Shown: positions 49,151 through 60,540 of the stretch, piece by piece
How the letters are laid out: each line of letters starts with the position of its first letter
Position numbering within the stretch: position 1 is the stretch's first letter
NCBI RefSeq assembly: GCF_006345805.1
Contig: NC_043011.1
Span: 66,600,464 to 66,664,463 of the forward strand
Direction: 5' to 3'
Origin: Octopus sinensis
Taxonomy: Eukaryota
Length of the DNA: 64,000 nucleotides
Notes under the pieces: model-generated
Told to the model about the DNA's origin: nothing
Databases searched by the model: none
What the model saw: the letters and a program-made list of their open reading frames with translations, nothing else
Position numbers and translations under genes: made by a program

Positions 49151-51052
49151 TGTATTGTATGTATGCAAGTATGTATGCGTTCGTGTGTTCGTTGTTTTTA
49201 GATAGGGAAATATGTTTCTTGCAGAAACCTTTTTACTTTCTCCAAGTAACCCTGAATAGCAGTAGATTCAAATGTAGGAAAAATACCAGCAATAGAATAA
49301 AACATAAATCGCTGTCGTCTTCGCTTATATCTGCTTATATCTCGTTTAATCTCAAGTCTCAGGTCGTCTTTTATATTTTGGAGGTAAGATAGTAAAAAAG
49401 AATTTACATCTTTTGTCAGTCATTTGGCAGGTGACATGTACTTGTTTCTTTAATTTGATGTTCTTTCCTTGTACTTTCTTCTCATAGATGGGATTCTTTC
49501 TTGGTCGGAGTCAGAAGGTGGAATAAAGATGCATTGTGTTTTTGCTGCACTTCCCTGCGAGTGTATATATTTTATTCGTTTTGTGCCCTTCAGCTGGTGG
49601 TAGTCATATTGTCCAGATTCAGCTATATCCTTAGAGACAGAGAATTTTGGCACAGCTTAGGATGGAAGAAGACATACAGTGGCCTTTTATGCATCAATAT
49701 TTCGGGTCAGGTGAATTGAATCAGTAATTGGGACAGCATTTTGGGTGGTGGTGGGGAGAGACTTCCTTTATATCATATGGAAATGTGTGTATGTATAAGC
49801 ACAGAGAATGAGAAAGAAAACGATAAGACAGAATGGATATAGAACAATGTCACTCACATCACATTAATATTCTGCTCACAAACAATAATAAAAATTCAAA
49901 GATAATTATCACACAGCTACTTACAGAAAATAAGAAGTAACAGGATTATGGAATGTTTCATGGTGTACTTGTTTGATGAAATCAGGACCTCATCATATTC
50001 GGGCGACTTACCTGTGGCAATTTCTTTTATAATTTTATATATTGTAACATGTGTTAGAAGTTACGGAGAAGGCTCAAAACTTGATTTATGGCATATTTGA
50101 AACGATGATATATTTTGACATTTTTGTAGAATTAAAGAAACTTTTAGACACTAGGGAGTGAAGAGAATGAGATATTTACGTTTATGTTATTGATATTTAC
50201 TTTTGTAAGTTTAAATCAATCATCTATGTCTTCGTATTCTCCTTATTTACTTTAGGATTGAGTTACTCTTCTACACATAACAACATCTGTGTAGAATATA
50301 ATTTTACGTAAAATGCAATATATGAGTGTACACACATAACGTGGAAGACGTCAATATAATATATGCACAGAAGGTACCGAACTGGCGAAATTGTTATAAC
50401 AATGGGGCAAAATGTTGATGAGCGTTTCCTTTATTTTTAAAGAGAGGGCAAGCCTACACTCATATATATATATTCTCTTACACACACACTCAAGTTACGT
50501 ACCCAATTGCCAAGCGCTTATATACTAGAATTTGTAACTTTGAGCTTTTTATTGTCTAACAAAAATATTAAATCCGATAACAAAAGCAACAAAAATGCTG
50601 TCACACTTTGTACCTACATGATAAAAGAGAAAATCAACCTACAGGTTCGTTTACAATGTACTACAGGCATGATTAAAATCTAAACTATAACATAATCCCA
50701 AGTTTAATAAATATGTTTTTGCTGAAACACCTGTCCATAATTACCGTCCATACAAATCTATTTACAGCCCCAATCACAGACACAAACCGAAAAGGATGTG
50801 TAAATGAGCAATCTCTAATGCATTGCAGTTTGACAATAGCTTAGCCGGCCGAAAATTCGAAGTTGCTATTAACAATATTCTTGTATAACGATAATACTTT
50901 TGTAGTCTATAAAATATACTGTAACCCTTCAGATTATACATCTTTCTATAACAAATAAGCATAAAAATAATCATTAACGTATTATATTTCCAATAGTTGG
51001 ACACGAGTAGGGCATGACCTCACACGTGCACACACACAAACACGAATATATA

Positions 51053-51080
<28 letters not shown>

Positions 51081-51089
<9 letters not shown>

Positions 51090-51181
51090 GAATGGAGTTG
51101 AACGACTAGTTAACAAATATCCTAAGGATATTTGTTAAAGGATATTTGTTAACTAGTCGTTCAACTCCATTCTTTCATATA
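51081..51181. repeat. perfect 43-bp inverted repeat with a 15-nt spacer
   Basis: 51081-51123 is the exact reverse complement of 51139-51181; the spacer AAGGATATTTGTTAA duplicates the start of the right arm. Confidence 0.95.
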
Positions 51182-51544
51182 CTTATAATTTTAAAATAAA
51201 CATACAGATTTCCGCACGAAGACACGTAGTCTATGCCCTAGGGACGTAGCTTCAACCGTGTTCTTTCTGATGTGAATTTGCTACCCAGGTATCGGTTACC
51301 TTTCGAATTATCCTTAATAAGATAATTCACTCAACTACTCAAATATATATATATATATACACAGAAATGTACATAGAAAATTATCTCTTATGTATACAAA
51401 TATTTATAAACACATACACACACGTTCATACTCCACGCATATATAAACTTAGATAAACTTATATATGTTTCTACCAAAGATTGATCTAGGCCATGTCTAA
51501 CTTAATAGCACCACCTGATATATATGTATATATATATACATATA

Positions 51545-52125
51545 TATAGACATATATATTGGGTAAATTGTTGCCATTTTATTATCCTATTTGAAGCATG
51601 CATATTGTTTGCTTTGGATTTTGTCGACAACACAGAATGGCATGGTTAGTTGAGCACCATCTGTGAGAAAAACAGTACCATGTCGCATTTCACTGTGCCA
51701 GAAATATGGAAATGAGATGTTGTGTTGCTTGGCATTTGTACCGGAATCTCCAGTACGAACATTTCAGAGTGTTTATGTGTCAATCTGTTGGTTTACCGTC
51801 TCCACAAAACTTGTACCGAGAGTAATAAAGCTCAAACATCAACTTAACATCAGGGCATCTTGTGTGATGTCTCCATTCATCTTCTCGCACTGCGTCAGAC
51901 ACAACATGGAGACCTACTTCAAGGGAATGGAGGAGGTAGTGTTGCCCTCTGTCAAGAGGGTGGCTGCTGGAAATCGCTGTCTGACAAATGCACTCTGCTC
52001 TACGCCAAACAAGAACCCAGTGATGGCTGTCAGACCATTTCTGTGACCACATCACCTCACAGCATCTGGTCTCCTAACTTTCCAGACTTCAACCCCGTTG
52101 GTTATCGGTTGTTATCGTTTCTGTG
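51545..52125 (+). mobile_element. internally deleted maT/DD37D-like transposon, copy 3
   Basis: MSHFTVPEIWK..ISECLCVNL joined to WFTVSTKLVPRVIKLKHQ..MSPFIFSH..MEEVVLPSVKRVAAG..DHIT..WSPNFPDFNPV. Confidence 0.8.
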
Positions 52126-52159
52126 CAGAAGAGTGGATTTATCAACAGAAAAAGGCTAC

Positions 52160-52340
52160 AATCAATAATGCTCTTTGGGTTTGGATGGCAAGTGACATTT
52201 ACAATAATGGAACGCAATTTGTGACTGTGGATGTTCATCACCAGGCAGTCTTCACTTCGTGGCATAACATTCCGGAAGAGCTCCTGCAATCGATTATGTC
52301 TTGGATGAGAGCGAATTTTTCATGTTATTCGCAAGAATGA
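52160..52340 (+). mobile_element. Tc1/Tc3-like transposase C-terminal fragment
   Basis: LWVWMASDIYNNGTQFVTV..AVFTSWHNIPEELLQSIM resembles the NLWGWMAR.VY.NG.QF..W..IP..LL tail of Tc1/Tc3 transposases. Confidence 0.6.
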
Positions 52341-52494
52341 AGCATCAAAACATCTTTTTAGGTCTTCGTATGTTTTTTTTTTTTTTTTCCAATAATGGAT
52401 CTAATAAAAACTACTCGAATACATCATCCTGCAAGGAGTTAATTTCGGCAGATTTTTCACTGGACACACACACACACACACACAAACACATACA

Positions 52495-52531
<37 letters not shown>

Positions 52532-52744
52532 TATGTATACGTATATATACGTGTGTGTATATGTAAATATGTATATATGTATGCATGCATACGTGCATGC
52601 ATGTATGTATAAATGTATGTGTGTATGTATGTATGTATGTATGTATGTGTGTGTGTATGAATTTGTGTCTCTTAGTTCACATAGAAGAATCTTTTTTTAA
52701 TATCTGCTTGGCATTGATCAAACGATTTCCTTTCTCTTTGCTAG

Positions 52745-52860
52745 GCATGCCACACATCTAATGGCCTCTCTTACCACTTTTCTGATAGTTGGCTCCGATA
52801 CATGGTGCTCTTAGGCAAACGTCTACATTTGTTTACGTGGATTATCATCCAACTAGATTT
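52745..52860 (-). mobile_element. maT-like transposase HTH fragment
   Basis: DDNPRKQM*TFA*EHHVSEPTIRKVVRE. Confidence 0.45.
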
Positions 52861-53060
52861 GAACTCGCAAATATTAATGTGTCCTTACGTTGTCCGCACA
52901 ATTCGAATTTATTTGTTTCTATTTTATACAGATGAAACAATCCAGCTGGATATTATTATATCGGAAGTGGCAGCTAATTCAGCTTATCCGACAACTGTGT
53001 GTTCACAGTCGAATCCCACGCCTTTACGTTATTATTTGATACATTTTAAATAAATCACTA

Positions 53061-53092
53061 GGAGTGGCTGTGTGGTAAGTAGCTTGCTTAAC
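53061..53092 (+). mobile_element. 5' piece of a SINE family B copy split by the Tx1 LINE
   Basis: GGAGTGGCTGTGTGGTAAGTAGCTTGCTTAAC, continued at 59637. Confidence 0.9.
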
Positions 53093-53376
53093 CTTCGTCG
53101 AAGTCGGACGTGTCCTTTTGGTGGTGAGTCACACGTGTTATCGCACGTGGATAATTGGATAATTTTTCTGCTGTTGGACGTTTGTTGTTGAATATTTTTG
53201 TGAACTCTGTGAATTTTTGCGCTTTCTTCCCGGTGACGGGAAAAAGTAATTGTTGTAAGACTGAAGTAATTAATTTTGAATTTATTAAAATTGTTGAACT
53301 TGTTAAAGCCGTTGTAGGCTTCACTGCCGTGCCCCCCCCCCGACAGGGGTGGCATTTGAACTGTTATCCTTATTAA

Positions 53377-54286
53377 CCCCTTACCCAACAATTATTTTGA
53401 AAATGAATGTATTTTTTCAGACATATTTTTTAATTGTTTTATTTTACTATGTTTTGAATGGTGATTTCGAGGTATATTTCAAACCTTATTTATTATGAAT
53501 TTTAATTGAATAATATTGATATTAAATTACCGCTTTGGGCAGAAACGAGTTAACCCGTTTTTTTCATAAATCATATTACTTTTACAAAAAATCATGTTAT
53601 TTTATTTGGTTATCTTATTTTCCAAATTTAGAATGAATGATCAAAACATGATTGTTTACTTCTGTTGATTTTATTACTTCAAAACTGTTAGTAATGACAA
53701 AAAAGAGAGACAAAATAATGAATTATCCAGATGTACTCCTGTTTCTGCTTCGAAAGGGAAGCGCGAAGGGGGCGGAGCCATATCATCTCCTAATCTAAAT
53801 CGGTGCCAGTCTCTTGCATCTACCTCATCCTCATCTTCAGTTTCTTCACTTGAATAAAACTCTTCTGACGAACTTTCACTCTCATCAGATGTATCCAACC
53901 CTCCAAGAGAAGCTTCATAATCGCTATCATCATCAGAGCTCGACATGGTGGGGTTATGATATAAAGTTATTAAAAAAACAACGTAAAAACAAAGTGAATA
54001 CTTCTATTCATAAAATGTGCCTTCCAACCCTTCGACTGTCTCCAGGTGACTAAATCATACTCGGTCTTCAATGCCTTACTCAAGCGAAAGGTGGCAGAAA
54101 TCGTCACTGCCAGACGTATAAAGTGAGCGAACATACTCGTATATGTCAAAAAAGAGTTTATAATAGATGAAGGAACTCGTTTGCTGTCGATTTTGGCGAG
54201 TCTATCTTTTGACGAGTTAACTCGCCAGAGATAGAAAAAAACGATTTCGGTCAAAACGCATATATTTGTTTCTGCCGGGTAAGGGG
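53377..54286 (-). mobile_element. internally deleted piggyBac (910 bp) with TTAA duplication
   Basis: TTAA|CCCCTTACCC ... GGGTAAGGGG|TTAA; minus ORF 53674..53946 is an acidic N-terminus ending PPPSRFPF, typical of piggyBac transposases; catalytic domain absent. Confidence 0.92.
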
Positions 54287-54656
54287 TTAAGAGGAAAAAA
54301 AATATTATAGGTTTCCCGTTTTTGGGATAGCAAATTGTTGTTCCGAAAAAATTAAATTTTAGCCATTGTAGGCTCTATTGTGACATCCGCCAGTAGCACG
54401 GGCGAGATTTGAACTGTTGTCGTCGTGTTTTGGAAAAAAAAGTATAGGTTCCCTTTTTGGGGATTTCGTTGTGGTGGAAAAATTAATTTCAAATCGTCGT
54501 AGACTTTGTTGCTACGTCTCACCCCCCAGCGGGGGTAGGATATGAACGTGGGACTGCGAACGTTAAAAATATTAATTACTTTTGTCCTCTGTGAGAGGAA
54601 AATTTCTTTTTTCGAAAGGTCTCCCAGTTTTGTGGGAAACCAATTACTTTTCAACC

Positions 54657-56003
54657 ATGTCGGTTGAAATAACACGTGAAAAATCTACTCTTGAAGAGAG
54701 GAATGTTGATGTTGGCAATTGCGCCAACGCTGTTAAAAAGTGTTCGGCAGTTGCCGAAGTAGCAACCGAAAATATAGATATCTCTGCAGATATGCTGCAG
54801 GGATATTTTAAAAGAATGAAGGAGGAGGGAGGTGATGTTGTGATATCGCCCTCTTCCACCGTGCTAGAAATGGAAAAGAGGACCGTGGTGTTTAAAACCT
54901 TCTGCCCACAAGACAAAAGGTTTAAGCACTTCGGAAAGGAAACCATTGAAAAATGCCTGGCCCCGATACGGAGGGATATAGTGTATATCTCGAGGGGACG
55001 GGCATACGGATCCGTTGAGGTTCAATTCTCACAGGAAAAGGTGGCTCGCGGGCACGCCGTGTGCCCCCTGAAGACCAAGGAAGTGGTACTTTTGCTAACG
55101 TACATGGGGCGACGAACATCCCGTGTAAGAATTAATGAAATCCCACCCACAGTAGACCCGAAAGAAGTGGTGGCCGGCCTGTTGTTTAATAGGACGGACC
55201 GGATAAACATATTACAGACCACAAGTTCCGCCCCACAGATGTGGTTAGGGCGGAACATAACGGTTTTAATTCAAGGAAAACAGGGGGACATTCAGGCCCT
55301 TACAGAGAGAGTACTCGTTGGGGAGAATGTGGCCCTTAGGGTACATGTGGAAGGCCGTAAGCCCACCTGTTACCATTGCGGAAAAAAGGCCACATTCGAG
55401 CTGACTGTGAAGAAATAAAAAAGGTGTTGAAAACACCAGGCCCCTCAAATAACCCCCAGAAAAACGCCCCCGCAAACAAACCAACCCCTACAAACACAAA
55501 AACTCCCACCCTCGTTGTTGAGGTGCTAGTCCCCAAACGAAGCACAGAAAAACCCAGCTCCGGCACGCACAAGTCCCTACATTACCAAAATGACCCAACT
55601 CACTTGGAAGACCCGGCACCAACGGAAAACACTGCGCCGAAAGGAACTGCCACCAGCCCCCACACAAAACATATCCCCCACACAAAACAGAAAAAACGCA
55701 CCACAGACAACAAAAAAGAAACCCTGCCCATCTGTTCCGGAAGAAAACAAAAATGCTATGTTAATAGAATACGATACGACAGACACGTATACAAATGACA
55801 CCATTGTAAAACACAAAAAGACTACGCTGAACATCCAACACCATGAGTGCAATGATAGAAGAACCCCTATAACGGCAACTAAAGAACAGAAACCAGAAGG
55901 CCATATGGAAGATTGTGGAACTACCGAATTACGCGAAGAGAGAGAAGAAGGGGACAGATCCACGTGTGGTGAGGTCATCCCCCACATCTCCAAAGAAATG
56001 TAA
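54657..56003 (+). pseudogene. Tx1-like ORF1 (gag-like, CCHC zinc knuckle), two frameshifts
   Basis: MSVEITREK..RVHVEGRKPTCYHCGKK / KKGHIRADC across a frameshift near 55383 gives CX2CX4HX4C; Pro/Thr/Lys-rich C-terminus ends at 56003 after a second shift. Confidence 0.85.
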
Positions 56004-56024
56004 GTAGAACCTTTACTTTTTGTA

Positions 56025-59000
56025 ATGGCGTCTCTTAACCTTGGTTGTTTGAATGTGCGTGGTCTGAGTTCGAAGTGGAAGCAGGCGTGTTTCCTCGACG
56101 ATCTCATGTCACATGATATGCATGTGATGGTTGCTACAGAGACCAAGCTGGACGGTCTACAAACCTTCTCGCCTCTCCTGAATGGCTACGAGAAAATCAT
56201 GTCTCCCGGTCAGACCGGAGGACGAGGGGGCGTAGTGGTACTGATCCGTAAAAGCTTGGCTCTGCAGACAAGTACAGTCTATGTGGACCCTGAAGGTGGG
56301 CTGGTCGTTCTTGATGTGACATACAGCAGTAAGGCCTTCAGATTGATCGGACTCTATGCACCTTGGGCTAGAGGCTTCCAAACTGAATTTTATCGGCGCC
56401 TGGAGAACTTTCTCGTGACGTCGAAGACTTTAGTAGTATTAGGAGACTTTAATGCTATCTTTGACGTACACATCGATAGTGTTGACTCGATCCATAGGAA
56501 AGTGAACTCACGTCTCGTGGACCTGCTTAAGCGGTTTCAGCTGGCAGATCGTTACAGACTTGACCATCCGAACGTCCCAGAGTGGACCTGGATTAATGGC
56601 GACGGAAGGTTCAAGTCTTATCTATACAGGATCGTGATAAGAACTAGAGATAAGTCTAGTTTTAGTTGTCCACAGCTCGTCCAGGTGCCCTATACGGACC
56701 ATAGAATGGTCAAGTGTAGACTGGACATAGATAGCACACTAAAGATAGGAAACGGCTACTGGAAGCTGAACAAGTCTATTTTGACTTGTGAGGCATACCG
56801 CAGTCGGATTAAGGAGTTAGTGCAGAGGGCGTTAACCGGAGCAGTGGTTAACAACCGGTGGTGGTTCGCCCTGAAAAGAGCCATTCGATTCCAGTCCATT
56901 AGGTTTAGTAAGCAACTAAGACTAGATAGGGCTAGAATAGAAGGGCAATTAGCAAAGAAGTTAGAGGAGGCGTTGAGGTTGGGCTCTGCATCTCACATTT
57001 TGGCGGCGAGAACAGCATTAGACCGTCACCTCAAAACCAAACATGAGGAGTGTATAGTCCGGGCTAAAGTACGAACATTGGTCCGCGAGGGAATTAATGT
57101 TGCCGGATGGGCCCGTACGGGAGAAACACAGCGTGGCAACAATGCCACAATTAGGTCTCTTGTTGACGGAAACGGATGCACGGTGAAGGAGCGGGACGAG
57201 ATGTGTGAGGCACTTTACAAGCACTTCGCCGAGTTGTTCGGGGGGTGCGGGACGCTGGATCATGGTGAGGCCCTTAAGGAAATCCTGTGTGGTGGCCCGC
57301 GTCTCTCGGCACGAGAGGCTGAGTGCTGTGAGGGGCCAATCACAGCCGAGGAAGTAATCGAGGCGTTGGGCGAGTGCCCCGAGGAGAAGTCGCCGGGTCT
57401 CGATGGTCTGCCCTATGAGTTTTTTAAAAGTATGCCAGACTTGTTCGGACACCAGCTGGCTAGCGTTTCGCCAATTGGCAGCAGAATGGGAAAATTCCCA
57501 AGTCTGCGAGCCGGGGTGTGGTGACGTTAATCAGGAAGGACCCGAATAAAGGGGACGAGATAGGCAACTTCAGGCCCATAACTCTGCTTAACACAGAGTT
57601 AAAGATTTTGGCCAAGGTGCTGGCGAAAAGGTTGGCGCGAGTCATGGTTAAACTTGTCGGAGAAGCGCAAACGTGCGCTATCCCGGGCAGGACGATACAC
57701 GACAATCTCCACCTTATACGCTACTCCTTAGGGTCGGGAAGCTTTCTGGCGCAGGAGGGGAAATGGTACATTTAAACCAGTCTAAGGCATTTGATAGGGT
57801 CGACCATCGGTACTTGGCGGCGGTCCTCGGGGAGGCTGACCTAGGCCCGATCTTTCGATGTTGGATCGCTGCTTTGTATAGCGACATCGAGTCTGTGGTC
57901 AAGGTGAACGGCTCCCTTTCGAAGCCGTTCAGGATCGAGCGTTCAGTCCGTCAGCGGTGTCCCTTGTCCCCGCTTCTATATGTGTTGGCTCTTGAGCCTT
58001 TGCTACGGAAGTTGGGGCCAATAGGGGGCGCATCGCATGATCTATGGTGTGGAAGAGGAGCTACGGCGTACGCGGATGACATCTCCATCATCGTGGCAGA
58101 TGAGGACCAGCTTCCAGTGGTGGAAGAGACCATCAAAAGCTACGAGGCGGTGGCAGGAGCAAAGGTTAACAAGGACAAGTCGGTCGGTTTGAAACCCGGC
58201 ACCTGGAGGGGCAAGCCGATGCCGTCCAATAACGTCGTGGGGCGTTGGACGGAAGGTCCTGTTAAGCTGCTCGGAGTCTGGTTTGTGCAGAGACCTCCAG
58301 ATAGAGAAAAATTGGAGTGAGGTTGCCGGCAAGGTGACCGCTCTAACCCAGACCTGGTCTGGACCGGCGTTATCCTTGCTAGGGAGGGCGGAGGTGGTGC
58401 AGATGTTTATAGCATCAGTAGTCACCTACCCTCTGACCGTGGTGCCTTGCCCCGATTTGTGGCTGAACAAGTTGGAGAGAATCCTTTTCCACTTTTTGTG
58501 GAAAGGAGGGAAGCCACTTGTAAAGCGCTCTGTCTGCTGCCAGAAACCGCCAAAGAGTAGGCTAGAGATGCCTTGGCTGAAGTTGCGAAAGGTCGCGTTA
58601 AGGTTGAGGCACCTCTGGCTTTACTTGGATGGAGAACAGGTGTGGTCACCGCACGTTCGGTTCTACTTTCCGCGATGAACGTCCTTAACAGACATTGGTA
58701 ATTGGATCAAGCAGAGACCTAGGCTTGGGGACTGTCAATTGGAATGCCATCAGGCACTTCAGCTACTCTCTCGGGCGGGCAATGCCGGCAACAGGAGTTC
58801 CACTGCGGATTTCTATAGCGGGTTAGTGGAGGTTAAGTCCGAAGACGCCTTGGGGGAGACCCTGGGCTACGATGAAAATCAGTTGACCAACCTGTTCCGG
58901 AGAACATTCGGGCCGGAGTACCTGGATAATTACCAGAAATCCCTGGCCTGGCAGTGTTTCCGTGTGGCGTTACCCGTTCGCGACAAGCTGTCAAGGCATG

Positions 59001-59422
59001 AAAGTGCTGTCTCGCCGACATGTCCGCGATATGAGCAGGATAGGGAAACCGTCTTGCACGCATCCGTGGAGTGTCCGGAGTTATCGGGACTGACTGCTTT
59101 TGCCGAACACATGTTGTCAGTGAATGGAAGAGTACAGCTATCAGCGGAGTCTATCATTGAGATTGTGCCACCTCCTTTCTTCAGCAGGGAAAGGAAGGCT
59201 TGTTTTTCCCGCCTAGTAGCCATACTGAAAGAAACAGTATGGAAGACGCGTACGAAAGGTATAGTGACAGGTACCTTTGTATCCGGCCAGGGGTTGGTTA
59301 ACTTTTTCAGTTACCACCTCGGTAGTAAGATCAGGCTGGAGAAGAGGTGTCTGTCACGAGACATGTTTGCGAAAAGATGGAAGTCTGTAGCGTGCAAGCT
59401 GGGTATATCTGGCACCAGGTAA
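56025..59422 (+). pseudogene. Tx1/L1-like ORF2 (APE endonuclease, reverse transcriptase, degenerate CCHC), about four frameshifts
   Basis: LGCLNVRGL, ATETK, LGDFNA, TDHRMV, GYWKLN, KSPGLDGLPYEFF, FRPITLLNTELKILAK, KAFDRVDH, RQRCPLSPLLY, AYADDI, TCPRYEQDRETVLHASVEC. Confidence 0.95.
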
Positions 59423-59636
59423 GTGTGGCCGGATCAAGAAGTAAAGGTTCTACCCGGATGGCTGGGATCCGTGCCCTACTGTATAATACCAAATTTTAAA
59501 AACTTTATATTGTAAATATTATATATATTTTATTGTAATCACCAACGTTTTAAGCTACTACACCCTATATGTTTGTCTGTATTTGTATGTCCCCTCTATG
59601 TTACGCCTTAATGGCGAATAAAGCAGCTTGCTTAAC

Positions 59637-59990
59637 AACCACAGGGTTCCGAGTTCTGTCCCACCGCATAGCTCCTTGGGCAAGTGTCTTTTCTACTATA
59701 GCCTCGGGCCGACCAAAGAGTTGCGAGTGGATTTGGTACACGGAAACTGAAAGAATCCCGTCGTATATGTACATATATATATATATGTGTGTGGGGGGGT
59801 GTATGTTTGTGTGTTTGTGTTTGTCGTCCCACCATCGCTTGACAACCGATGCTGGTGTATTTACATCTCCGTAACTTACCGTTTCGGCACAATAGGCTTA
59901 CTAAGAATAAGTCCTGGGGTCGATTTCTCGACTAAAAGGCGGAGCTCCAGCATGGCCACAGTCAAGTGACTGAAATAAATAAAAGAACAA
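59637..59990 (+). mobile_element. 3' remainder of the split SINE family B copy
   Basis: AACCACAGGGTTCC..CCTTGGGCAAGTGTCTT..GCTCCAGCATGGCCACAGTC..GACTGAAA. Confidence 0.92.
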
Positions 59991-60442
59991 AGGAGTAATA
60001 GTCTTCCCACGACACTCTCGTATAACTCATTTTGCTTAAAATTAACTCACAAAATATAAATTTGAGGATACTGATTTTAATGAGACTTTCTTTTTGATAC
60101 ACACATTTCTAATAGGAATATAGAGACACCGTTGATTCTCACATTCGCTATATCATAGAGACGTTATGTCATGAGCTGAAATTTGAAATGGTCTCAGCAT
60201 TTCATCCATTGGTTCCTAAATCTACATCTACTTTGTTCTAAACCGTATCATTTTATAAGTTGAATTTTCTTCGTTCATTACATTTCAAATTTTCTCTCCA
60301 AATGCAAAACAGAGTTGAAAGGAAATCTTAGCAGAGGAGCAGTGGTAAGTAGCTTGCTTACCAACCACATATATATGTGTATGATTACGTAAATATGTAT
60401 TTAAGGGAATTTTACAAGATTGACAACCACTGGATCATCACG

Positions 60443-60445
<3 letters not shown>

Positions 60446-60540
<95 letters not shown>
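60446..60540. repeat. (AT)n microsatellite
   Basis: Directly visible. Confidence 0.97.

Larger units (their letters stand above)
53093..59622 (+). mobile_element. full-length Tx1/L1-clade non-LTR retrotransposon (inactivated), about 5.6 kb without the piggyBac insertion
   Basis: 5' UTR with tandem monomers, ORF1, ORF2, 3' UTR ending in a CGCC-TTAAT-GGCG hairpin plus AATAAA; TSD GTAGCTTGCTTAAC (53079-92) / GCAGCTTGCTTAAC (59623-36). Confidence 0.93.

Noticed and set aside
49450-49720. Relatively GC-balanced unique segment with short ORFs on both strands
   Set aside because: No recognisable domain, stops in all extended frames, and no convincing splice pair.
54644-59223. Numerous antisense ORFs over the Tx1 element, and sense-strand ORFs over the CR1 element at 27620-28789
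   Set aside because: They are shadow frames of GC-richer retroelement coding sequence with no independent motifs.
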